Source: Hyphochytrium catenoides
Lineage: Eukaryota > Protista > Hyphochytriomycota
DNA: 64,000 bases
Direction of reading: 5' to 3'
NCBI GenBank assembly: GCA_900088475.1
Contig: FLMG01002942.1
Coordinates: forward strand, 1-64,000
Under the pieces are notes generated by a model that saw only the letters and a list, made by a program, of their open reading frames with translations, had not been told where the DNA came from and made no database searches. How positions within the stretch are numbered: position 1 is the stretch's first letter; every line of letters begins with the position of its first letter. Shown piece after piece: positions 10,446 to 24,269 of the stretch. The translations under genes and the position numbers were made by a program.

Positions 10446-13400
10446 AGTGCTACTAACGGTAACGGGCTTCACCCATAGCGAGCCTAAATCCACACATTCT
10501 CCTCCACTAATAATGGCAGCAGCAGCGACTCATCGGTCGTCGCATGCCGTAGGTTGAGGGGAGCATATAGATCTATGGTGGTATGGAAACTATGATACAG
10601 GAGAGAGAACAGCAGGCAGGTAGAAACTGGTGGGACGATGGAGAAGAGGAGAAGAGAACAGAGTCGTAGCACCAAACGCTTGTTCACCTCCCCGTAAAGC
10701 TCCAATAATTACTCTTCTTGACCCGGGACCTTCTTCCCACCTACGTGACTGGTCCGCTTGCGCCATTTTGGCGTCCTCAGATAGAGTTCCTAGAGCTGTG
10801 TTCCCCCCATCGCTCTCCTGCATGATGTTTGCTACAAGCTTTCAACGGGCCTTTCCTCACTACCTACTTTCCTGTACGTTTCTTCTTTGCTGAGCCTTCG
10901 GTGAATACTCTAGCAACAACCGGAAAGCACCCTTTCCTCGAGTCTCGACCCTCAGATCATGATAATGCAATACAACCTGCAAGTGACGACTTTGGATGAC
11001 TGACCTTGCAAATTATCGGTTCATCTGGGTGAAGCTCCTTTCCGAAATGACGATTTATCATCCTACGCAGGAGCGCTAGCGACTTGGTCGTGGCGGCCGA
11101 AAGAGGAGCTGGCAGTCTATAGCCTGATTATTTTTAGAGGGACAGCCCAAGGTGGTGGGTGCTAACCAAAGACCCAGAGCGTAGAAACAGGTAACGAAGA
11201 AGAAGGAAATGGTAGCACGCACACCAGCTATAGATCATTTTTCAAGGGCCCTGCTGTACAGCCCACGGCACCCTTTATCCGTCTACTGTGGAGCCCAGAA
11301 GTCGAAGAAGGTAGGTCTACTAAGTCGCACGAGGAAGAAGCCCTACGCCCTCTAACTGTTATCCCGAAAGGCATGCTAGGAGGGAATGACTGTCATGCCA
11401 CCGTTATCACCCCTTCGGTCCCGCTTGCTTGAGCTTCTTGTCTTCTACACAGCGATGCCCCCTGATGGATTGCACATCTCATCAGTCTCTATTGAAGATT
11501 TAGAGGCAAGCCAAAGCGCATGGTAAGCCGTACCTTGGACGAATGTATCCAGCCGTGAGTCCTAATGAAGACCACAAAAAGCTGGCATCAGTGGCACCAG
11601 TGTTGACAATCTTTATCTGTTGCTGATCAACTCTTAGCCGATGTCCCAGCTTCATGGACTAGCTCCCAGCGCTCCGATGCCCGGCATCACTCTTACGTGG
11701 GTGTTTTATAAAAGTGTTTTCAATCAGTGGGGGCAAAGAGAGGCTGACTTGGAAATATGACTGGTGAATTGATTCTCCTTGTTCTCGGTACTTCCATCTC
11801 TTGCACTTTCCAGAACGCAAGGAGGGCGCGTTCCAGAACATGTCCCCATCCTCCTCGAAGGTTCAACATTTAGCGAGAGACGAGCCAGCTGTTTGCGCTT
11901 CGCCAGCATGTCAACATGCACATTTAGTACGACGAGCACCAGCCTTGTCAGCACCTTCACCTGTCTAATAAGTATGGTGGGCCGGAGAGCTCCAAATAAG
12001 AGATCTCTTTGGCCGTATTATTTCTTCCCGTCACCGCATTACACGCTGCCTAACCTACTTCATAAGTGTTTCTAGGAGTGCCGTGGTGTCCCATTACGTT
12101 TATCCCTAACCCTAACCCTTATCACCACTATCAGCTTTTTCCCCCCTACTGCCACCACTTTCCTTTTTATAAAGGTTGCGGGACAGCAGCGTCAGCATCT
12201 TTATGGCCGGAATAATATATCGTAAGGAGCGTGACAGCGGCTCATCAAGGTGGGACACTAGCATGAGAGAAGAGATGAGCACCTTCTTGTTGCAGTCAAG
12301 GGTCTCTGATGGCCAATAAGAAGATGCTGCTGCTGCCTGTGCATCAGCAGCCAATGAACTGTTGGAGAGCGGTAGCAGAATGAAGATTGATGATGACAGA
12401 GCACCACCTCATATCTTTTTTGTGTCAACTCTATCGTAACAAAGAGGAATGCTCTAGGGCTTTGTACTACTACCATGCAGAAAGGGAAAGGAGCGAAGAG
12501 GGATGAGTAGGGGAAATGGCCCAGAGGAGCTAGCGGTGGCTTTCCATCTTTCCGCCGGGGTTAAAGTCCCTTCTGAGTCTGCTGCAACCAGTTCTTGTCA
12601 CAACCAGTCCCCGTAGTAGTTTGGGCACAAAAGGTTGCTTGTTCTCTATTTGGGGCACAATGTACGTGGTTGCCTTTGGTTCTAATGGGTTCTCTAGTCG
12701 TGTGGGGGCATAAGGGAGAGCATTATAAAAGCGTTTTCGGTAGGTCACAATTAATGACTTCGGTCCTGGGGCCTAGTTTCCTGCTTATCTTTTCATGGTA
12801 TGATCTGTAGGTGTCTTTTTTCGTTTCCTATTTTCGGAAGCAGAGAGCAGTTTCGGTGTGGAGGGTGTGTAGGAATCGATACTATCGGCAGTGATGGATG
12901 AAGGGAACACCAGAAGATAGCTGGCTCTTTTCCAGCTCATTATTGTTCTTCTCTCCTCTGACGTCTCCTGTTGTGCCCCAGTTGCCTTCATTTTGAGGTC
13001 GTCGCTCGGTAGTAGTTCTACCTCTTTCTCCTCTTTCTTCTGGCACTGGATCGTCCACATCGCCTTATTAGAACTACCCGCCTCCTCCCCTCCACCTTCA
13101 CTGCCCCTTTCCTTCCTAGAAGCTTTCATTCTAGACCATAATGTATTGCAGTACCATGCAGCAAGGAAGGGGAGAGAAGGAGGAGAGAAGATGAGTACAG
13201 CTGTAATCCTTTTCATAAAAGGTGACGCCACGGATGTTTTTCTGTTGTTCTCCCTCCTCCTGCTTCCCGTACTTTCGACGCAAAAGGTATGCTGGTCCCT
13301 AAGTTCAGGGCAGTATAAGGGATTGCCCAGATGCCAATGAGCACTCGGTCATGTGGCGCTCTCTGAAGCTGTCCCACACAGCTAAATTTTGGCTTTGGAG

Positions 13401-15416
13401 AGAGCTTAGTGGTTCTAAAACGCAGATCGGAGCTTAATATCTTGTTTTAGTATGAGATTATCGGAAATACGGGAAACTTTCGGTAGATCCGGGGACTGGG
13501 TTAGCATGATGAGAAGTGCTTAGAGAACGTGTCACATACCGGCCCTTTCCAAGCTCATTGTTCTGCATCTCTGACTTGGACCCCTGACCGCGTCTCTTCT
13601 CTGTTAAGCATTCCAGTGCCGTATTTGGGACAAGTCTCATTTATCATAGTCAATCAGGGTATCCGACCTGCTTAGGCGGTCTTTATCTAAAATCAGTTAA
13701 AGGTGTGGTGCAAGCTTTGGAGAGTTGACGTGGCAGGAAAGCAGCCTTTTTGTTTTTATAAAAAAATAACTGATAATGAGCCACCATCTCGCCCCCCACC
13801 CGATGTTCAAGCACTTTTAGAACTCCGACTTCTTTTATAGTGGACCCAAAGATTCCATTCTCTTCATGGCCTGAAATGTTCAACGGAGGACATGGAGACA
13901 CATCGGGTTTTATTTTTCAAAGTCTGGGTTTAAGAGAGAGAGAAGAAAAGGGATATAGATCCAGTAGCGACCTCAGGTCTGCTGCTCTTGTACGTGCTCT
14001 CAGGCCACCCTCTGTCCCTTCTAACCAATCCCACTTCCTATACCAACATCTTTGGCCCGAGATGCGACTGCTTGTCGGTCTCTCATCTGGCAACATCATT
14101 ATCTCTCAGTCTGTGGGTTCCTTGGAGCCGAGCCTTCAACCCTTTGAAAGGAATGCAGCAGAAGACTCTTTCTTGAGAAGAAGGTCACGTCGGCACTGAA
14201 GAACCTATCCAACCTGAGTAGTGGGCGACGAGTAAGCAAGCCATGCAAGAACCAATCCTCTATTGATTCTTCCCATTCCTTTCCTCGTTTCTGCTGCTAC
14301 CTGATATTAAGGTTCCGGTTCATCATCATCGTCTGAATGACTGGTGTCTCTTGGTGTTTCTGCTGCCTATAAAGGAGAGATATGGGCCTCTTGCAGGCGG
14401 GCTGGGGCGAGCAGAGCCTCGCGGTACAAAAGTAACCTTGAGATCTGCACCACCACCATCTCGCTCCACGAGGTCAAAGAAGATTGCGAATAGCTTGAAT
14501 AGAAGGACGCCATGCTATGCACACGAGACGACGTACTGTACTGTTGTCGGACAAAATTTAGAATAGCTAGGAAGGAGTTTGGCGGAGGGAGGAGAGACCT
14601 GTGTCTGATGATTCCGGCGCAGGTAGTACCTGATGCTAGATCTTCTCCTCTTCCTCCTTCTCCTTTTGGTCATTTCTTTTCTCTCGCTCTGTGTGTGCCC
14701 ACCCTCATCATGTTCTCTAGCAGAGCAGAGAGGAGAGACTCCTCCCTTTTTGCTCTTTGACGTATATAATAATCCATATCCTTATGTCTATTAAGCAATT
14801 AGTAGCACCAAGAAGTATACCTTGTGACAAGTTAAGCTGCTGCTTGCAGACGAAGAAGGATGTCCTTTGTCTTCTTCCATCTGCTCAGTACAGGTAGTGA
14901 GAATAGTCTTCTGCTGGTCCTCTCACCTTCTCTACCTCTCGCCCTGTTGGTTTCGAGAAAGTTCCACTGTCAGTTAGTATCACACACGACCCGCAAATCC
15001 AGCTCATGCTCCGGCAAGAAGAAGGGCTGGGAGAGGATCTGCCTTGATGGTGAGGCAACGAGAGACAAGAACATGCTGCACCAACTTTCACTGAACTAAC
15101 TGTGGTGTTGCTCTCGCCGCCGCCTGTCACCGCATCCATGATATCTTGTTGATCATAGTAGAGGACGAGCTCATTTTATTCCTTTCGTGGAAGTGCACAA
15201 ACGTCTTCTCTGGCCGCCTCCGCCGCAGGAACCCAATATACATTACCTGTTACGTAAGATGTGTTAGCCATGCATTGGTAGCCAGAAATCTCGTCAGGAC
15301 ACGAGCAGAGCGAAAGGCCAACTCGAGACGAGACCTCAATTCTCTCGTCACATCCTTCAGCAGAACCTCACCTTGCGCTAGGGCAAGAGCAGCGACAACA
15401 ACTAGGAGGGAGAAGG

Positions 15417-16837
15417 ATGGAGACATCCGATTCTGCCTGGGCTCTTTCCTCCTTTCCTCTTCCTAGTTCTTTGAGAAGAAAGAGGCACCTCGTCGATAAC
15501 GGGAGCTGCTCTAGCAGCGGCAGCAATGATGATCAGCCAGAGACGGAGGAGGAAGAAATCAAGAGGCAGAAGCGTTACTTACATAATGACAGAGAACGCA
15601 GGAGGATTAAAGACATCCAAGCGGCCTTCAGCGGTCTGAGAACAATGCTAGAAGAGCTGGGTTATGGCTATCATCGTAGCCAGCTCTTTATTCTCAGAAA
15701 AACAATGGAGATGGTGGAAGAGATGAGAGATTCTATAAAAAGTGACCCTCAACGAATACGACTCTCTCCTCTCAATGGCCCAAAAGCCCGACAGCCAACT
15801 CCGGAGAAGGAAGTGGTGAAAGAAGAAGACAAGAGGACCCAACAAGCGTACGCCTCGGAGACTTCGCCCCTACTGCTGCCAAGAAGAACCAAGATACGGA
15901 AGATGAACGAGAGTATCGGTAAGGCCATATGTTCTTCTTTATCCACCCTCCCCTTCCCGTGCTAAGTAATCTACTCTTCCTCCGCGGCTTAATAGATGGA
16001 CCCATGGTCCAGAAGGCAGTAGTAGGGGATTGTAGAGATGAGGTTTCCAAGATTCCCGTTCTTCGCACAGAAGAACAGAGTGAGAAGGGTTCCGTCGTTA
16101 TTATCCCTGGAGCTGCTTCTCCTTTAACCTGCACCAGGCAGGAGAAGTTAGCTATCCTGTCCCCTAATCATGGGAGACAGATCCCTTCCTTCCCTAACAT
16201 AGGTCAAGCCCCTTCCCAGCAAGAAGAAGGGAGCGTTCAATGTTCTAGTGAGCCTGGCCTACTAGGTAGTATCGTTATCAGCCCACCAGAAGACAGCCAC
16301 TGGGCCAAGCACAAGCAGAAAGAACAAGAAGTAAGGAGAGGAGAAGGTACAGAGGGTTCTTCAACCTCGTCATCCCTTACTACTATCCCAAGCCAAGAAA
16401 AAGAGGCCCAACAAGGAGAAAGAGAAGGAGGACTGAGAGAACAAGAAGAGAAGCAGCAGTTAGCGCTTTCTCTTGTTCTTTCATCCGCTGATCCGCACTA
16501 CTCCCTCACTAACTCTTTGTCGGAGCTGGCCAGTCTGGCAGCAGCTTCTCCAGGATTTGCTCCTCCGCCTGCTTTTATGGCTCCAGCAGGAGGTGTCCAT
16601 CATGAAGGTCTACCGCTGACCAGCGAGACGGCAGGGTTTATGCTTCCCAGTCAGGGCGCTGTTGGCCTAAAAGCAGAAGAGGCCACGCTTTTCTCATTCT
16701 CTGCCTTTCCTACTTACCACCGGAGGATGGAACTAGACTCAAGAGCTCTTCTATGGGGATCATCATGTCTCTCCTTAACTGGAGCGGGGAATGTCACCGG
16801 CAACGACGCCCTGTTATCTCCCTTCGCGCAGCTTTGA
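15417..16837 (+). CDS. bHLH transcription factor, subfamily A copy 2; exons 15417-15918 and 15996-16837, 447 aa
   Basis: HNDRERRRIKDIQAAFSGLR..GYGYHRSQLFILRKTMEMV. A GTAAGG...CTAAG...AATAG intron (15919-15995) joins the two listed ORFs in frame (ESI-D-GPMVQK). Confidence 0.88.
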
Positions 16838-16898
16838 GCACTAACGAGAAAAGTAGTGGGAGAGGTTGATAGGGAAGGTCCTCGCCCCTCCTTCTAAA

Positions 16899-16947
16899 TG
16901 TCTGTGCACCTAGAAAGAACTGTCTGTGCACCTAGAAAGAACTGTCT
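16899..16947 (+). repeat. Perfect 22-bp tandem duplication in the 3' flank of copy 2
   Basis: tgtctgtgcacctagaaagaac occurs twice; the paralogous site near 22995 has one copy. Confidence 0.9.
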
Positions 16948-18758
16948 TTCCTCTGTTAAGATTGCCCGTTGCATTCTTCTCCTCGCTTCACGGTAATGTG
17001 TCTCTTCTTTCCTCTGTTCCCTGTGTACGATGGTGGATGTTTTCATTCATTCTCCATTCTTCACCTCTCTTTGATAGTAGTATATTATAGGCAAGGCCAC
17101 TGTTACCACCGTCTTGTCGTCGCTTCAAAAGAGGGAATCGGCCGAGGGGAAACAAACAGAGGATAGGGCGAGAAACAGAGGAGCAACAGGTTGACAACTC
17201 CAAAGTGGTCCCTTGCTACGATGGCAAGCCAGCAACGACATACAGCAAATACAGCGAAGAAGGACGTTCGGGAGAAGAGGCACAGGCGAGACCTCTTCCT
17301 CTTGCTTTCCCTTCCTCTCCTGGTTGGTGACCGCATTACTCTCTTTTTTACCCTCTGCCCATAGCGGCAGGTCTAGATGCAGCTTCGACGGCGGGCTCCC
17401 CTTGCTAAGTGTTATAATAATGCCATCATATATGAAGGCGCCTTTGCTTTTTTTTCAGTGGACAGTAGGGGGATTAGGGGTGCCGGCCGATGTGCTGGAG
17501 GCATTAGAGGAGGACACTTCATGCTCCTCCGTCCTCCTCCTCTTCCCCTTCTCCGAGGACGTTCATATCCTCCTCCCCTTCTTTTTATTCGACAGAGAAG
17601 AACTACGTCCAGAAAGACACACTTTTCGTGTCTCTCGGTGTTTCTCATGCGAAGAAGACAAAAAAGTTGTAACAGGCAGCACCACAACGTCTCCGTTTTA
17701 TGCTTTTATTATTCCTAGGTGACTAACTAAGTCCTTAATACAACCTCCCTTTGCCCTTCAGTTCCCTTATATGCCCTCTCTGCAGCCCTCTTGGCGCAAT
17801 GTCTGTCTCTCTCTCTTTCTCCCTGCTCTCTCTCTCCTCTCTCTTCTTACGTTTGTGTGCTTCTAGTTCTTTCTTCCGTTTTTGCCTTGTAGTTAGAGAG
17901 CAGCGTTCCTTTGCGGTGGGGCTTAACAGAGGTCATAGGATAATAAAGGAGAGGGGAAGGCTAGCAGTGTGAACGGGTTGCAGCTTCTCTTTCTCCCTCC
18001 TTATATCTTCGTTCAGAGCTGGTATGCGGAAAAAAAGAGATTTGACACTTTTGGAAATGAAGAAGGGGATTAAGATCGCAAGGTATTCGGGTGAGGGTGG
18101 GCCTGGCCACCCACTATCGGAGCTCAATATAAATCTGGAGAAAGAGGTGGTGGCTGAAGAACTGAGGGCTGCCAAACTGATTCTTGACACTTCTTCCCAA
18201 CACAAGCTTGCCCATTCTTTCCAAGAGGCCAAAAAAGTGCTCGCCGCTCATTATTATGCGAGCGCCTCAGCACTGATTCTCTTCGTCCATGGAGTTACGA
18301 CTGTCCAGGTCTCTCTGTCTTTCTGCCAACCTATACGAGTATTCTCTCCGTCCAATGTTTCTTCACCTCCCAGGAGGGAAGAACAACAGAAATCCCAGTT
18401 CTCTGTACTCACTATGATCTCCCCTTTTATCATCATTATCACCTTGTTGTTCTTTTGAGCACCTCTTCGCGGACTACTCGTACTTATAGCCGATGCTAGT
18501 TCCATTCTACCTTCTCATTACCAGCTCATCGCCTTGAGTGAGGTCCCATGTGGTCTGAGGAGAGATCAATAACACAAGAAGAGGACGGCTAACAAAGGAA
18601 AGTATCAGTCTCATGACCTTATACGAACATTAGCTGGGTGGGTGGGGAGCAGCCGCTGGTCGTCATGCCAAGGGTTAGTACTTTATCTTGCGGGCTCACG
18701 GGAAGGAAGAGTAGGGATGATCCAGAGAGGAATGTGATATTATGTACCATCATCAAAC

Positions 18759-21700
18759 GTATTGCATTAGCATGCAGCAAGGAAGGGGAGAGAGGAGAGA
18801 GGAGGAAAGAAAGATGTAGGTGACACAACGGATTTTTTACCTTCTTCCCGTTGTTCTCCTTCCTCCAGCTTCCGTTACTTTCGACACAAAAGGTATGCTG
18901 GTCCCTAAGTTCAGGACAGTCTAAGGGATTGCAGATGCCAATGAGCACTCGGTCATGTGGCGCTCTCTGAAGCTGTTCCATACAGCTAAATTTTGGCTTT
19001 AGAGAGAGCTTAGTGGTTCTAAGGCCTTAAAATGCAGATTCAATATCTTGTTTTAGTATGAGATTATCGAAAATACGGGAAACTTTCGGTAGATGCGGGG
19101 ACTGGGTTGGCATGATGACAAGTGCTTAGAGAACGTGTCACATACCGGCCCTTTCCAAGCTCATTGTTCTGCATCTCTGACTTCGACCCCTTGACCGCGT
19201 CTTCTCTGTTAAGCATTCCAGTGCCGTATTTGGGACAAGTCTCATTTATCACAGTCAATCAGGGTATCCGACCTGCTTAGGCGGTCTTTATCTAAAATCA
19301 GTTAAGGTAGTGGTCCCATAGAGAGTTGACGTGGCAGGAAAGCAGCCTTTTTGTTAACTGATAATGAGCCACCATTCGCCCCCCATGATGTTCAAGCACT
19401 TTAGGACTCCTACAGGTACTTCTTTTATGGTGAGCCCAAAGATTCCATTCTCTTCATGGCCTGTAATTTTCATCCTGAAACATTGACACAGGTAGCTATT
19501 GCCTTCTATTTTACTCAGTCAGCAGGGTACGTTGGAAAAAAAGAAGAAGAAAACGGGAGATAGATCCAGTAGCGACCTCAGGTCTGCTGCTCTTGTACGT
19601 GCTCTCAGGCCATATCCTAAGGGGAACCCTCTGTCCTTCTAAACCAATCCCTCTTCCTATACCAACATCTTTCTTCCTCCTCCACCACCACTCAGCATCA
19701 GCGTGAGATGCTACTGCTTGTCGGTCTCCGATCTGGCAACATTACGAGTAGTACCTCTCAGTCAGTAGGTCCCTTGATGCCTCCAACCCTTTGAAAGCAA
19801 TAATGCAGCAGAAGACTCTTTCTTGAGAAGAAGAAGGTCACGTCGGCACTGAAGAGCCTGTCTAACCAGAGTAGTGGACGACGAGTAAGCAGGCCATGCA
19901 ACCAACAACGTTAGAGGACCAATCCGCCAATCCTCTATTGATTCTTCCCATTCCTTTCCTCGTTTTCTGCTGCTAGCTAAGGTTCCGGTTCATCATCATC
20001 CTCTGAATGATGAGGAGTGGTGTCTCCTGGTGTCTGATCTCCAGCCTTTCCAATGTTTCTGCTGCCTATAAAGAAGAGATATGGCCTCTTGCAGGCGGGC
20101 TGGGGAGTGCAGAGCCTCGCGGTACAAAAGTAACCTGGAGATCTGCACCACCACTACCTCGCTCCACGAAGTCCGTCAAAGAAGACTGCGAATAGCTTGA
20201 AAAGAAGGACGCCATGCTATGCACACGAGACGACGTACTGTACTGTTGTCGGACAAAATTTAGAATAGCTAGGTAGGAGTTTGGCGGAGGAAGGAGAGAA
20301 TGGAGTTTGCTATGGACAAGCACCAAGGAGGAGAAGAATAATGGTAGCGCGTGCCGTGGTGGATGCGAGAAAGCGATGGCCAGCAGCAGAGAGGAGATGG
20401 TGCTATATCTCCCTTCATAGTGCTCTTCTTGCGTTAGGCCTGTGAAGCGGGTTCGTTCCGGCGTGGGTGTGTATCGGTTGGCAAGCAGATTCTCCTTCCT
20501 TCGTGCACCTTCTTCTCTTCTAATGGTCTGAGTTAGACAAAGACGTCTGCCTGTGCACTTTCAAGAGAAGGATGGGTGAGCTCCTCGACTCTTCAGGGTA
20601 ACTGTTCTGCGCCGGCCCGCCGCTCCATTTGTGTTAGTGATGATGGCGGCCGTGAACTCTGACCTCGATCTTCAAGATTCAGGACCGTTTAACGATGGTC
20701 TTAGGTAATCTCCCGCGCTTTTTACTGGCATTCTGTTTCTGATGATTCCGGCGCAGGTAGTACCTGATACCAGATCTTCCCCTCTTCCTCTCCTTCCTCC
20801 TTCTCCTTTTGGTCACGTGTTTTCTCTCGCTCTGTGTGTGCCCACCCTCATCATGTCTCTAGCAGAGCAGAGAGGAGAGACCTTTTTAACCTATTATTTT
20901 AAGCAATTACTAGCACCACGAAGTATACCTCGTGACAAGTCAACCTGCTGCTTGCAGACGAAGAAGGATGTCCTTTGTCTTCTTCCATCTGCTCATTAGT
21001 GAGAATAGTGTTCTGCTGGTCCTCTCACCTTCTCTACTTACCTCCCGTCCTGTTGGTTTCGAGAAAGTTCCACTTTCAGTTAGTATCACACCCGACCCGC
21101 AAATCCAGCTCATGCTCGGAAAGAAGAAGGGCTGGGAGAGGATCTGTCTTGATGGTTTGGCAACAAGAGACAAGCAGATGCTGCACCAACCTTCACTGAA
21201 CTAACTGTGGTGTTGCTCTCGCCGCCGCCTGCCACCGCATCCATGATATCTTGTTGATCATAGTAGAGGACGGGCTCATTTTATTCCTTTCCTGAAAGTG
21301 CACAAACGTCTTCTCTGGCCGCCGCCTCCGCTCGAACCCAATATACATTTCCTGTTACGTAAAATGTGTTAGCCATTGTTAGCCAAAAATCTCGTCACGA
21401 CACCAGCAGAGCGAACGACCAACCTGAGACCAGACCTCAATTCTCTCGTTACATCCTTCAGCACAACCTCACATTGCGCTAGCGCAGGAGCGCAGCGACA
21501 AGATAGGAGGGAGAAGAATGGAGACATCCAATTCTGCCTGGGCTATTTCCTCCTTTCCTCTTTCTAGTTCTTTGAGTAGAAAGAGGCATCTCGATAGCGG
21601 GAGCTGCTCCAGCAGCGGCAGTAATGAGGATCAGCCAGAGACGGAAGAGGAAGAAATCAGGAGGCAGAAGCGTTACTTGCACAATGACAGAGAGCGCAGG

Positions 21701-23148
21701 AGGATTAAAGACATCCAAGCGGCCTTCAGCAGTCTGAGGACACTGCTAGAAGAGCTGGGTTATGGCTATCATCGTAGCCAGCTCTCTATTCTCAGAAAAA
21801 CAATAGAGATGGTGGAAGAGATGAGAGATTCTATAAAAAGTGACCCACAACGAACACGACTCTCTCCTTTCCATGGCCCAAAAGCCCGACAGCCAACTCC
21901 GGAGAAGGAAGTGAAAGAAGAAGACAAGAGGACGCAACAAGCATACGCCTCGGAAACTTCGCCCCTACTGCTGCCAGGAAGAACCAAGATACAGAAGATG
22001 AAGGAGAGTATCATTGGTAAGGCCCTATGTTCTTCTTTATCCACCATCCCCTTCCACTGCTAAGTAAGCTACTCTTCTGCGGTCCAATAGATGGACCCAT
22101 GGCCCAGAAGGCAGTAGCAGGTGACTGGGGAAAAGATGAGGTTCCCAAGATTCCCGTTCTTCGCACAGAAGAACAGAGTGAGACGGGTCCCGTCGTTATT
22201 ATCCCTGGAGCTGCTTCTCCTTTAACCTGCACCAGGCAGGAGAAGTTAGCTATCCTGTCCCCTAATCATGGGCGACAGATCCCTTCCTTGCCTGACATAG
22301 CCCAAGTCCCTTCCCAGCAAGAAGAGGGGGATGTTCAATCTTCTAGTGAGGCTGGTCTATTAGGTAGTATCGTTATCAGCTCACCAGAAGACAGCCACTG
22401 GGCCAAGCACAAGCAGAAAGAACAAGAAGTAAGGAGAAGAGGAGAAGGTACAGAGGGTTCTTCAACCTCGTCGTCCCTTACTACTATCCCAAGCCAAGAA
22501 AAAGAGGTCCAACAAGGAGAAAGAGAAGGAGAACTGGGAGACCAAGCAGAGAAGCAGCAGTTAGCGCTTTCTCTTCTTCTCTCATCCGCTGATCCGCACT
22601 ACTCCCTCACTAACTCTTTGTCGGAGCTGGCCAGTCTGGCAGCAGCTTCTCCAGGATTTGCTCCTCCGCCTGCTTTTATGGCTCCAGCAGGAGGTGTCCA
22701 TCATGAAGGTCTACCGCTGACCAGCGAGACGGCGGGGTTTATGCTTCCCAGTCAGGGCGTTGTTGGCCTTAAAGCAGGGGAGGCCACCCTTTTCTCTTTC
22801 TCTGCCTTTCCTTCTTACCGAAGGATGGAACTAGACTCAAGAGCTCTTCTATGGGGATCATCATGTCTCTCGTTAGCTGGAGCGGGGAATGTCACCGGCA
22901 ACGACGCCCTGTTATCTCCCTTCGCGCAGCTTTGAGCACTAAGGAGGAAAATAGTAGGAGAGGTTGATAGGGAAGGTCGTCGGTCCTCCTAAATGTCTGT
23001 GCACGTAGAAAGAAATGTCTCTCCTCTGTTAAGAAGGCCGGTTGCACTCTTCTCCTCGTATCACGGTAATGTGTCTCTTCTTTCCTCTCTTCCCTGTCTG
23101 CGATGGTGGAAGTTTTCATTGGTTTTCTCCATTCTTCACCTCTCTTTG
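18759..23148 (+). repeat. Segmental duplication unit B (upstream region plus bHLH copy 3)
   Basis: Matches 13143-17073, has ~440 extra bp at about 20300-20735, and ends at the Copia-like junction. Confidence 0.93.
21518..22935 (+). CDS. bHLH transcription factor, subfamily A copy 3; exons 21518-22016 and 22091-22935, 447 aa
   Basis: Same bHLH as copy 2; the GT-AG intron 22017-22090 restores the frame (ESII-D-GPMAQK). Confidence 0.88.
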
Positions 23149-24269
23149 TCACCTGAGCGCAACAAGACGACGAATAAAGGCTAATAAACATGGGAGATCC
23201 TTTATCCCTTCAAGAGTAAGATTGGTGAGGTGGGGGCGAACAGCAGGCACAGGAGGTTAATAAGGACGGGAGAGAGACTATTATTGAGTTGCGGACTTTC
23301 CTGCTTACATTGGGTCCTTGGGTTAGGGTCAATGTCGGCAACTCTGTTAATACTTGAGTTCCTTACTAACAAGCATAAAGATGGAGAAGATTCAGAACTT
23401 TCCTGAACGAACAATGCAGGCCAAGCGACCTGCTCAAAGAGATGATGACCAACGAGACTTCAGTGACAAGCTCCTCATTGCATCTATTCTAATGGGTTTG
23501 CCAGAATCGTTCCGAGGTACTGTTGAAGCAATTCAGGTCCGCGGTAACGGGCACTCTGACTGCTGATCAATTGGAAGAAATTCTCATCGACGAGATAAAT
23601 CGACGTAGAGCTGTAGCTGTTCAACAGGAGACTATTACTGGTGAAAGAGGAGCTTATCACACCGAACGTTCGGATATATATCACACCGAACGTCTGGATT
23701 CTCAGAAAGGAGAGACAGGAAAGGTGGACGCAATCCTTGTCCTCATTGCAATGGACAGACCCACCGTGCAGAACTCGGTTGGCGAAGAATTGGATGCCGC
23801 CAATGCTCATCGACGACCAGTAGGGTGGAAATCGCGCACTAAGGGTAAAGATAGTAAGTCAACCGCAAAACCTGCAGCTGCTTTTGCGGCCTTTATTAAT
23901 GCCCTTGACGCGAATCAGCGCGAGGAGCTAATCAACTCTCTTGGAATCGTTGCTTATACCAAGTCTCCCCCTCGCGCGGATGAGAACGAACGAAGAAGGC
24001 TCAATGCGACATCACAAGCAAAAGTGGCTTTCCCAGACAGCAACAATAAAGCGCGGTAAATCATTGATAGTGGTGCAACAGATCATATCACTGGCAACCG
24101 GCAACTTTTCCAGGACTACAAGGGTCATAGATCCATCTCTTCGCACTGCCGATAACAGAAGTGTAAGCGCGATCGGGCAAGGGACAGTCAAGCTTTCTCT
24201 TACATCTCCGACCAACAGGACGGGCACTGTAACCCTTCAAAACGTTTTACATGCGCCTGGATACATGGC
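23147..24269 (+). mobile_element. Truncated, degenerate Ty1/Copia retrotransposon: putative LTR 23147-23371, gag and protease fragments
   Basis: UBN2-type gag motif LLIASILMGLPESFRGTVEAI; protease region *IIDSGATDHITGNRQLF..TADNRSVSAIGQGTV..TLQNVLHAPG with frameshifts and a stop. The TGTCA...TAACA segment starts exactly where homology to unit A ends. Confidence 0.85.

Larger units (their letters stand above)
13143..17073 (+). repeat. Segmental duplication unit A (upstream region plus bHLH copy 2)
   Basis: Colinear, high identity by eye to 18759-23148, including non-coding DNA. Confidence 0.93.

Noticed and set aside
12087-12258. gtgtccca/tgggacac inverted octamers enclosing (CCCTAA)2
   Set aside because: Only 8 bp of inverted match with no TA target duplication; two telomere-like units are too few to call a telomeric seed.
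12255-12354. KKVLISSLML, reminiscent of an MPN/CSN5 N-terminus
   Set aside because: No further MPN motifs or exons found.
17420-18260. GGLGVP and GGPGHP peptides suggestive of a LINE reverse-transcriptase tail
   Set aside because: No RT core motifs; similarity is too short.
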